This document shows, piece after piece, positions 1-8,790 of a DNA stretch of 10,860 nt. Made by a program: the position numbers and the translations under genes. The notes under the pieces were generated by a model. That model was given only the letters and a program-made list of their open reading frames with translations, made no database searches and was not told the origin of the DNA. Position 1 is the stretch's first letter, and the number at the start of each line of letters is the position of its first letter. The DNA is from Octopus sinensis (Eukaryota). The stretch lies in the NCBI RefSeq assembly GCF_006345805.1, contig NW_021827291.1, forward strand, positions 1-10,860. The letters run 5' to 3'.

Positions 1-138
1 ATTTACAGTTTCGATGGGCTGAACTTTAATACGATTGAAATAAGGAAGATTGACAGGAAAATTTGTAAGTTGCTCACTTGCAATAAGATGCACCACCTAA
101 AGGCAAATGCAGATCATCTTTACCTACCCAGAACTCAA

Positions 139-456
139 AATCTCTCGTGGAAGCGCCATCCAACCAAAATGCAAATATATGGGAAGCTACCAACTGTGTC
201 ATCTCTTGTGAAAGGTAGGAGAGTCCAGTTTGCTGGACATTGTTGTAGAACTGAAAAAGAAGTAATTTCTACTCTTCTCCTCTGGAAGCCATCTACTCGC
301 AATACCAGAGGGCGCACACTCTCCTACCCTGATGTAATCTCCAGGGATACAGGCATCCAGCAACAGGACCTCAGTAATGCTATGATGGACCGTGAAGTCT
401 GGCATAACATAGTAAATTCCATTGTCTCGACCACGGTCGAACAATGATGATGATGA
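139..456 (+). mobile_element. 5'-truncated RTE/RTE-X-like LINE 3' fragment with (TGA)4 tail, inserted into the R4/Dong ORF
   Basis: Encodes NLSWKRHPTKMQIYGKLPTVSSLVKGRRVQFAGHCCR...LLLWKP...RGRTLSYPDVISRDTG...AMMDREVWHNIV, an RTE-type C-terminus (RR..FAGH..R; W.P...RGR; DR..W). Stop TGA at 445-447 is the first unit of the (TGA)4 tail at 445-456. Flanked by the 9-bp direct repeat AGAACTCAA at 130-138 and 456-464. Confidence 0.82.
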
Positions 457-1007
457 GAACTCAAGGAGGTTGCGGCTTGATCCAATTTGAAATTTCTTAC
501 GAAACCCCCACAATTGGATTGACAAGATAGCTTGAAACATCTAACGACTGGATGCTAAAGCTCGTTGAAAACCATGAAAAGCTTAAAAAAAATTCACTCT
601 GTTATGAAGGAGAGCAAAACCTTTTCAGGTGAGTTTATGCTTTATGCATACCTCGCAGGTTGAACAGCATGATGGAAGTGCAGCATCTGTAGTTGCAAAG
701 AAGGTAAAAATCAATAGCAAAGCAAAATGCGTTTGAACAACTGGCTGATAGATGGGAACAAGAACCTCTGCGTGGCAAATATGTGGCCTGTAGCAAACAA
801 GCTGATGTAGACCAGAAGCACAGTGGCTAGAGAGCATAGGGTTAAAGACAGAGAGTGAAGGTTTTATCTTGGTTGTACAAGCTCAGAGCCTATTGACTCG
901 GAACTCTGAAGCCAATGTGATGAAAAATGGTGTAGACTCAAAGTGCCTATACTGCAGCGAAGGGATTGAAACAGTGGACCACCTAATCTCTGTATGTAAG
1001 GTTTTTA

Positions 1008-1511
1008 TCATCTGTAGAATACAAATTAAGACATGTCAGAGTTGGCCAATATCTACAATGGATAAAGCATCGGCATTATAAAATCAAGACTGCTGACAAA
1101 TGGTACAAGCACCACCCTGAGGCTGTAACTGAAGAAGAAAATGTAACTATTCTTTGGAACTTCCCAGTATGTACAGACAAGACCATCAAACCAAATAAAC
1201 CAGATTTTGTTGTGAAAGACCGAAGCAATAAAGTCTGTTTATTGACAGACATGAGTATACACTGTGATCATAATATCTCGGCAACAGAATTTGATAAGCT
1301 CAGAAAATATAAGGACTTGCTGATCGAAATCGAAAAGATGTGGCATCTCAAGACAGTTACAATATCAGTGATTGTAGGAGTATTTGGAATGATCAAAAAA
1401 GGGACTGAAAATAATTTTAAAATGATTCTTGGCTTACCATCCATGGTGGAAATGCAAAAGATTGTCTTGACTGCTACGTCACACGTATTGAGAAGAGCAT
1501 TATCGCTGTGA
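1008..1511 (+). pseudogene. Restriction-like endonuclease (PD-(D/E)xK) domain remnant of the R4/Dong element
   Basis: Frame +3 is open from ~1008 to the TGA at 1509-1511 and includes track ORF 1212-1511. It reads VEYKLRHVRVGQYLQW...KPNKPDFVVKDRSNKVCLLTDMSIHCDHNISATEFDKLRKYKDL, and is separated from the zinc knuckle by a frameshift near 1005. Confidence 0.85.
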
Positions 1512-1763
1512 ATTTCGTTTTTTCCTTTTTTCTCTCTTTATTTTCTTTGTTTACTTTTTTATTCTTTATTTCTTTTCCTTTTTCATTCTGTCTTCCCCCT
1601 TTTCTCTATCACATGACTTTGTAAATGAGCAATCTGGTGTGTTTATTTTAGAGGCCTACCAATGTATACAGAACGTTTCTCTGCCCTAGATATCAGGAAG
1701 ACAATCGGCAAGAAATGGGAACAGAATTGAAAGAAGATGCTAATGATAATAATAGTAATAATT

Positions 1764-1973
1764 ATTTCTAGAGGAAGCACAAGGCTTCATATTTGGGCGA
1801 AGGGATTAATTCTATTACATCAACGACAGTGTATAACTGGTACTTATTTCATTGACCCCCGCAAGGATGAAAGGCAAAGTCGACCTCGGTGGAATTTAAA
1901 CTCAGAACGTAACGGCAGATGGAATACCGCCAAGCATTTCGCCCCGGCTTGCTAACGATTCTGCCAGCTTGCC
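1764..1973 (-). mobile_element. tRNA-derived SINE, family A, diverged copy on minus strand
   Basis: Reverse complement reads GGCAAGCTGGCAGAATCGTTAGC...GAGTTTAAATTCCACCGAGGTCGACTTTGCCTTTCATCCTT...AAGTACCAG...GCCTTGTGC...AGAAATAATTATTA. It is colinear with the copies at 3098 and 4811-5446 and has the same 3' end type as the unit at 5243-5446. Confidence 0.85.
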
Positions 1974-1978
1974 AACTT

Positions 1979-2036
1979 AATGATGATGATGATGATGATG
2001 ACGATGATGATGACAATAATAATAATAATAATAATA

Positions 2037-2067
<31 letters not shown>

Positions 2068-2083
2068 GGATGATGATGATGAT

Positions 2084-2118
<35 letters not shown>

Positions 2119-2266
2119 TGATGATGACGATGACGATGACGATGACGACGACGACGACGATGACAATGACGATGACGATGACGATGATGATGACGATGAC
2201 GATGACGATGACGACGACGACGACGACGACGATGACGATGACGACGACGATGACGATGACGATGAC

Positions 2267-2306
<40 letters not shown>
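1979..2306. repeat. Compound triplet microsatellite (GAT)n/(GAC)n with an (AAT)n block at ~2014-2037
   Basis: Direct reading; source of the poly-D/poly-M/poly-S ORFs. Confidence 0.97.
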
Positions 2307-2737
2307 GCAGCAATGTATTTGAATATATATACTGAAGTATGTATGTAATTTTATATGCTTGTAAAATTATATGTGCATATATATGCTGAGCATACGTTAA
2401 ACAATGTGATAAGTACATAACAAGAACGAAAACAGCATCAAACGGTCTTCTTCTCTGCAAACCACATCGTGTTTATACAACGGTTAAACGAAGATGGTGA
2501 ATAATGGAAAGAAAATACAAGTTGTTAGTCGTTGGTGCTTGTCGGTTCTACTTCAGCAAATGGACTTTTTCACTATTCAGTTGATGAGAATTTAGGTGGT
2601 TGCCGTCACCACATCATACAACTCCGACCCAACTCCTCTCCCTCCATCCGCGGATATGTTTTGTAGGAGGCTTTACTTGATAAGCACTTGCAACATAGAT
2701 GAGTACTCAGACATGTAGCCACTCACAGATACACCTG

Positions 2738-2846
2738 TATATATGTATGTATTTATGTATGTGTTACATAAATGTGCATATATATACACGCACACGTATG
2801 AATATATATACATATATACATATATATACATATATGTATATATTAT

Positions 2847-2898
<52 letters not shown>

Positions 2899-3085
2899 GT
2901 ATACTTCTATACCACACACGGACATATATATATATATGATGTGTATTATATTATTATATATATATATTATATGCATGTATATAATTTATATATTATATAT
3001 ATATATATATATAATATATATATAGTGAGCGAATTTATTATATAAAGATAGATAGATATAGATATAGTTATATACATAAACATAC
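2738..3085. repeat. Degenerate (TA)n-rich microsatellite field
   Basis: Direct reading; source of the YIYI ORFs. Confidence 0.93.
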
Positions 3086-3097
3086 ATGCTTACAAGC

Positions 3098-3324
3098 GGC
3101 GAGCTGGCAGAAACGTTAGCACGCCGGGCGAAATGCGTAGCTGTATTTCGTCTGTCGTCACGTTCCGAGTTCAAATTCCGTCGAGGTCGACTTTGCCTTT
3201 CATCCTTTCGGGGTCGATAAATAAGTACCAGTTACACACTGGGGTCGATATAATCGACTTAATCCGTTTGTCTGTCCTTGTTTGTCCCGTCTGTGTTTAG
3301 CCCCTTGTGGGTAGTAAAGAAATA
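3098..3324 (+). mobile_element. tRNA-derived SINE, family A, solo copy
   Basis: A-box-like TGGCAGAAACG near 3105, B-box-like GAGTTCAAATTCC near 3168-3180, body GTCGACTTTGCCTTTCATCCTTTCGGGGTCGATAAATAAGTACC, hairpin GTCGAT-ATA-ATCGAC at 3244-3258; runs into (TA)n. Four further homologous units lie in the window. Confidence 0.88.
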
Positions 3325-3701
3325 TATATATATATATATAATATATAATTATATATATATATATACATACATATAGACACACACATACAAGCATATATTC
3401 GTATATGTATATGTACACGTATATATATATGTGCGTGTGTGTGTGTGTATGTATGTATATATATGGGTGTGTGTGTGTGTGTGAATATCTATATGAATAT
3501 ATCTATCATTTGTCTTTGTCCCTCTCTCTTTCTCTGTTCTTCTGTTATCAAACATATGACAACGTCTATACACACCAACATATATTGTCATGAACAGTTG
3601 CTATACGTGTACGCGTGTGTATGTGTGTATGTATGTTGAGAGGAAGAGAGAGATACATAGATAGGTACAAAGATAAATGGACATATAGATAGTCATATAC
3701 A

Positions 3702-3748
<47 letters not shown>
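3322..3748. repeat. Mixed (TA)n/(TG)n/(CA)n low-complexity field
   Basis: Direct reading. Confidence 0.9.
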
Positions 3749-3789
3749 CGGGTAGGAATGTTCAGTATGTCAGGTAGGAATGGTGCGGT

Positions 3790-4190
3790 AGAGCAGCTGG
3801 TAGCTAGATTTCGATAAGGGGACATGTGATTACAGGATTGTGGAGAAGCCTAAACTAGGGAGTAGAAATATTGGCGTATTTGTTGCGATTTTGTATGAAA
3901 GTCAGAGTCTGCCAAATGAGGTAGCTGTTTGGGAGCAGTTTCAGTTGTATTCAGTGATGGTGGATGTTATTTCCAGAGTTATGTGTAGGTGTTGATGAAG
4001 GGAATGAAAGAAATAACTTGCTCTCTGGCGACTGACATGGCAGTAATGCAGTCGTCGATAAAATAAAAGCCTAGGAAGTTCAGTGTGTGCGTATGTAGGA
4101 ACCATCTTTGTACCCATCGCCACACTTGACGATTATATAAAACATTCACCCAAGAAAGAGAAATATTTGAAGGTGAAGACATTTTGTGTG
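3790..4190 (-). pseudogene. Decayed Penelope-like element (PLE) reverse transcriptase fragment
   Basis: One minus frame gives FSFLGECFI*SSSVAMGTKMVPTYA (PLE motif G.AMGTKM.P.YA, at ~4123-4088). A second frame gives FIDDCI...FIPFIN (catalytic YIDD-type motif at 4062-4051), followed by weak similarity to the thumb region (HTK...SPYR). Stops, frameshifts and a deletion between the motifs. Boundaries are approximate. Confidence 0.72.
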
Positions 4191-4810
4191 ACAAAGCAGT
4201 GTAAAGGATCTGGGTCTGAGTGTAACATGGGCTTCACTTGCAGATAAACACGACATAAATTCAACCAGGATTAACTGAGTAAGTCTATGATCAAATGCAT
4301 TTGAAACATGACCATCGTGAAGCTTTTTGAGTGGGTGGATGTTAGTTTTATTTTTCTTTACCAGTTCTCCCAAGGACTACCGCTAGATGGTAAGGTATTA
4401 GTTGAAAGTAATTTCATTGTAATTTCTAGCAGATTGAAGCTTAATTCTTGGAACAACCATCATGATTGCATTTATTGTTGTTGTTATTTAGCGTAAGATG
4501 TTACAGAGACACCAATCGCCGCCACCCACTTTTACATTTTGTGTATACATGTTTACCTATAGATTAGTATTGAGTTTCAAGACCCCTAGAGACCATAGGC
4601 AACACCTCAGTCTGCTAACACCTTAGGACAACACTGAATATATTGTAGTTCACTATTGCTAAAAAGATCTATATTGAAGCATATACTTGATATTGCCGTT
4701 AAGTTCCAAATTGAGTAAGCATATGGACAAAAAAAAAACGCACCATATATGACCATTTCGTTTTAATCTTCGGTTATTCAGGCATATAATATTATCCATA
4801 CAGTAATGTT

Positions 4811-5446
4811 GCAAGCTGGTAGAAACGTTAGCACGCCGGGTGAAATGCTTAGCAGTATTTCGTCTCTCGTTACGATCTGAGTTCAAATTTCGCCGTGGTC
4901 GACTTTGACTTTCATCCTTTCGGTGTCGAAACATTAAGAACCAGTTACGCATTGGGGTCGATGTAATCGACTTCATTCCTTTGTCTGTCCTTGTTTGTCC
5001 CCTCTAGGTTTAGCCCCTAGAAATAAGAAACGTTAGCACGTCGGGCAAAATGCTTAGCAGTATTTCGTCTGCCGCTACGTTCTGAGTTCAAATTCCGCCG
5101 AGGTCGACTTTGACTTTCATCCTTTCGGAGTCGATAAATTAAGTACCAGTTACGCACTGGGGTCGATGTAATCGACTTAATCCGTTTGTCTGTTCTTGTT
5201 TGTCCCCTCTATGTTTAGCCCCTTGTGGGCAATAAGGAAATAAGAAACGTTAGCACGTCGGGCGAAAAGCTTAACGGTATTTCGTCTCTCGTTACGATCT
5301 GAGTTCAAATTTCGCCGTGGTCGACTTTGCCTTTCATTCTTTCGAGGTCGATAAATTAAGAACCAGTTGCGCACTGGGGTCGATCTAATCGACTGCCCCC
5401 TCCCCCAAAATTTCGGGCCTTGTGCCTAGAGTAGAAAAGAATATTA
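4811..5446 (+). mobile_element. Head-to-tail trimer of family A SINE units (4811-5025, 5026-5242, 5243-5446)
   Basis: Three colinear ~205-217 bp units. Each internal junction is GAAATA|AGAAACGTTAGCACG. Only unit 1 keeps the 5' GCAAGCTGG; unit 3 ends in the alternative 3' end GCCCCCTCCCCCAAAATTTCGGGCCTTGTGCC...AGAATATTA. Confidence 0.9.
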
Positions 5447-5959
5447 TCAATACGTTATACAAACTGTATTGAGAGATCAACAGTTTTAAATCTGCAAGTT
5501 GTGATTTGAGAAGGATTTCGCTGTTATATCTAGCACGACATACAACTACGTAGAGGCAAATGCTCATTTGCTCGTAATTTGTTTTTAGATGTATTATTCT
5601 GTATCACCTCCCTATCACAATTTCTTTTACGTTTACATTTTAACAGATCTACATACAGTTTGACAACATGGACTGATTCGTTGGAGAGATAAATTTTCTT
5701 TGTTGTTTTCTCAACAATAATTAGTTAAGAGCAAAACACACAAATACATGGTAAATTAGCATGTACTTAATTAATTAATTTAACTTATTAATTAATTAAT
5801 CATGATCAAATAGATAAGGCAGTGGCTTAATACGTTACAGAAATTAATCACGCATTAAAATTTTTATTTGAAGTAAAACGAAATGTAAAAAGGTAAAAAG
5901 CAATTAGCAACACGAAAAAGCTAAGAACGTTTAGCATTGCACAGAAGAAAGCACGCACA

Positions 5960-6323
5960 AAGACACACTGACACACACATACACACACACACACACACAC
6001 ATACATACATATATACACACATACATGCACACACTCATACACACACACATACAGGCATACATTCACACATATGCTCTCAGGTTCCTGTATGCGTGATAGA
6101 AATACATACAAACATGTATTCATACACATACATGCTAATATATGTACTATGCATACATATATACTTATATATGTATATAATTATATATAGATTAGCATAT
6201 GTGTATGTATATATATATATATATATACATACATACATAGACATAAATATATATGAAATATATTAACATGTATATATACTTGTATATATATATTTACATA
6301 TATATAGATGTATATATATATAA

Positions 6324-6356
<33 letters not shown>

Positions 6357-6465
6357 GTGTGTGTGTGTGTATGCATATATATATATACATACATAGATAT
6401 AAATATATATGAAATATATAACATGTATATATACATGTATATATATATTTACATATATAGATGTG

Positions 6466-6523
<58 letters not shown>

Positions 6524-6525
6524 TA

Positions 6526-6556
<31 letters not shown>

Positions 6557-6590
6557 ATACACACATATATGCTAGTGTGTGTGTGTGTGT
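5960..6590. repeat. (CA)n/(TA)n/(TG)n compound field containing a ~156-bp tandem duplication
   Basis: Direct reading; the ACATAGAYATAAATATATATGAAATATA block recurs at 6235 and 6391. Confidence 0.9.
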
Positions 6591-6765
6591 CCGTTTTAGG
6601 CATGCTGTGAAAGTCTTCCTCGATTATCTCCCAAGATTATCTTCGCAGAATTTTTTTTGCAATCGAGGAACTTGGAAATCCTGGAGAAAACGAAGGAGAT
6701 CGTCATAGTGATAATTAAAATTGATGGAGTGTAAAGTAGGCTATTGTTTACCGCGACGATCTTAA

Positions 6766-7170
6766 TGATGGGTGATGATGGTGATGATGATGATGAAATC
6801 GGAAGGGGAGGAAGAAGATGGTGATGGTGACAATGATATGATGATGATGATGATGATGAGGATGATGATGATGATGATGATGAAGATGATGATGATGATG
6901 ATGATGATGCCAATGATGATGATGACAATGACGACGATAATGACGGCGATGACGACGACGACGACGCCAATGATGATTACGATGATGATGATGATGATAA
7001 CGACGACGATGATGATGCAGTTGATTACAATGAAGGCGATGATTAATTTCCAGACGACTGTGATGATGACGATGATGACAATGATGATGATGATGATAAT
7101 GGCGGTAGTGATGCTGATGATAATGATGATGATGGTGATGAAGATGATGATGGTGATGTTAATGGAAATG
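6766..7170. repeat. Degenerate (GAT)n/(GAC)n triplet field
   Basis: Direct reading. Confidence 0.93.
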
Positions 7171-7285
7171 ATTATAAGAGCCTTTCTTTGCAGTTACCCG
7201 TCTTGTGACCCGCTGTTGATGTTGATGTTGTTGTAGACGTTTTGTCTTGTTGCCGGTGCTGGTGTCCTTACTTCTGTATTTCTTA

Positions 7286-7340
<55 letters not shown>

Positions 7341-7357
7341 TGTTGTTGTTGTTGTTG
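7286..7357. repeat. Pure (TAG)n followed by (TTG)n
   Basis: Direct reading. Confidence 0.97.
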
Positions 7358-7461
7358 CTTCTGTACTTTTGCAATTAGAGAAGTGTCATGAAATGTCTTT
7401 TGGTGATTAACGAAGAGTTATTTCTAACAGCCCTGACTACGACAACGTCAGTGGTTGATGT

Positions 7462-8081
7462 AGTGGTGGTCATATCATTGGTAGTGGTGGGGGTTGTGGT
7501 GGGGGGATAGTGGTGGTGGTGGTAGTAGAGGTGGTGGTTGTGGTGGGGGATAGTGGTGGTGGTGGTAGTAGAGGTGGTGGTTGTGGTGGAGGATAGTGGT
7601 GGTGGTGGTGGTGGGTTGTGATAGTGGTGGTGGCGGGGATAGTGGTGGTGGTGGTAGTGGTGGTGGTAGTGGCGGTAGTGGCGGTGGTGGTGGTGGTGAC
7701 GGTGGCGGCGGCGATGTGGTAGTGGTGTTTGTTTGTGTGATGGTGGTACTTATAGAACTGATATTGGTGATGTTGGTGGTGATGATAGCCATGGCAGTGG
7801 TAGAGATGAGTAGTAGTTGTGGTACTGGTGAATGTGGTGGTAGTTGTGGTTGAAGTGATTGTGGTGGTAGTGGTGGTGGTGGTGGTTATGGTGTTTCATG
7901 TATCGGCGGTTTTGTCGATGTTTTGGTGGAGGCGGTGGTAGTGGCAGTAGCAGTGGTGGTGGTGGTGGTGGTGGTGGTGCTAGTAGAGGTGGTGGATCTG
8001 GTGGTGTTCTTTCTTGTAGTTAAAGTGATGTTTTTGTTGTTGTTCTCCTTGCTGTTGCTGTTGTTGCTGTTGTTGATGATG

Positions 8082-8115
<34 letters not shown>

Positions 8116-8335
8116 TGATGGTGGTGGTTGTGGTTGTGGTGGTGGTGGTGGTGGTGGTGGTGGTTGTGGTGGTGGTTTGGTTGTGGTGGTGGTGGTGGTG
8201 GTGGTGGTTGTGGTGGTGGTCGTGGCGGCGGCGGCGGCGGTGGAGGAGGCACGGTGGTGGAGGCGGCAGCGGTGGCAGCAACGATGGTACTGGGCAGTTG
8301 CGATGATGGTGGTAGCGGTTATAGTAGTTTGGGTG
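7462..8335. repeat. G-rich degenerate (GGT)n field with (GTT)n and (GGC)n blocks and a 43-44 bp minisatellite at ~7492-7620
   Basis: Direct reading; source of the poly-P/T/H/V/G/W ORFs. Confidence 0.92.
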
Positions 8336-8406
8336 ATAGCAGATGCAAGGGACGGAGGAGAAGCCGAAGAGCAGAAGGATATAAAAGAAAGCAGAAAGCA
8401 AGAAAA

Positions 8407-8407
8407 A

Positions 8408-8442
<35 letters not shown>
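8407..8442. repeat. (AAAG)n tetranucleotide microsatellite
   Basis: Direct reading. Confidence 0.95.
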
Positions 8443-8512
8443 GATGGAAGGAATGAAGAAAGATAAACCTAACAAATTTGAACTATGTTGAAATGTAAGA
8501 CTTTATCACCGC

Positions 8513-8619
8513 CATCATCATCGTCGTTATCATGGCTGTCGTCACCGTCGTCGTCATAACGTGAACATCATCACTTTAACATCATCCTCGTCATCATCAT
8601 CATCATCATCATCATCATT
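8513..8619. repeat. Degenerate (ATC)n/(GTC)n field, reverse complement of the GAT/GAC fields
   Basis: Direct reading. Confidence 0.9.
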
Positions 8620-8790
8620 ATCCGTCAAGGACAATTTTATGTCGGCTTTTTCCCATCTTGTATGGGTCGGGCGAGTTGTTTCTACAGTTCTATATTTAAG
8701 AGATGAGGAATTATATACATTATTTCCATTATTTACATTATTTACATTATTTACATTTGACGGATATTTGTCCTCATCTTGTTTGTTGTT

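Larger units (their letters stand above)
1..1763 (+). mobile_element. Decayed R4/Dong-clade non-LTR retrotransposon (RLE type), 3' portion: post-RT region, CCHC knuckle, restriction-like endonuclease, 3' UTR, (TAA)n end
   Basis: Manual translation from base 1 gives IYSFDGLNFNTIEIRKIDRKICKLLTCNKMHHLKANADHLYLPRTQ, which resumes at 465 as GGCGLIQFEISY (R4/Dong-like HHPK..D.LYLPR..GGRGL motif). CX2CX8HX4C knuckle CLYCSEGIETVDHLISVC at 944-997. An open frame ~1008-1511 carries RH...ILWNFPV.TDKTIKPNKPDFVV...D...K..KY (PD at 1200-1205). In-frame stop (TAG after GLTR) and several frameshifts. T-rich 3' UTR from 1512. Left end lies outside the window. Confidence 0.9.

Noticed and set aside
70-447. 125-aa ORF as a host gene
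   Set aside because: It is a chimera of two retrotransposon fragments joined at a TSD.
1919-2335. 138-aa ORF with a very long poly-Asp tract, reminiscent of molluscan Asp-rich shell proteins
   Set aside because: It starts inside an antisense SINE, has no signal peptide and no flanking exon structure. GAT/GAC mixing is explained by slippage and CpG decay.
2400-2700. Unique, more GC-balanced stretch as a possible exon
   Set aside because: No convincing open frame between splice signals on either strand and no recognisable motif.
2699-3825. Many YIYI/HTHT/VCVC ORFs
   Set aside because: Translations of TA/CA/TG microsatellites, which lack stop codons.
4811-5446. CRISPR-like or regularly spaced repeat array
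   Set aside because: The units are ~210-bp SINE copies without unique spacers, in a eukaryotic context with no cas genes.
5620-5760. Acceptor TTTTAACAG at 5646 and donor ATG|GTAAAT at 5750
   Set aside because: All three frames hit a stop within 45 nt and give no recognisable peptide; it cannot be supported without RNA data.
5766-5800. TAATTAATTAAT inverted repeat / homeodomain site cluster
   Set aside because: (TTAA)n is intrinsically self-complementary, and there is no independent evidence of regulation.
6611-6673. Hairpin TTCCTCGATT...AATCGAGGAA (10-bp arms, 35-nt spacer), pre-miRNA-like
   Set aside because: About one 10-bp inverted repeat of this spacing is expected by chance in 10 kb, and the stem is too short for a pre-miRNA.
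6772-8491. Poly-M, poly-S, poly-P/T/H, poly-G/V/W and KERK ORFs (extensin- or mucin-like look)
   Set aside because: They overlap on both strands and in several frames, track triplet or tetranucleotide repeats exactly, and contain a 43-44 bp periodicity that breaks frame.
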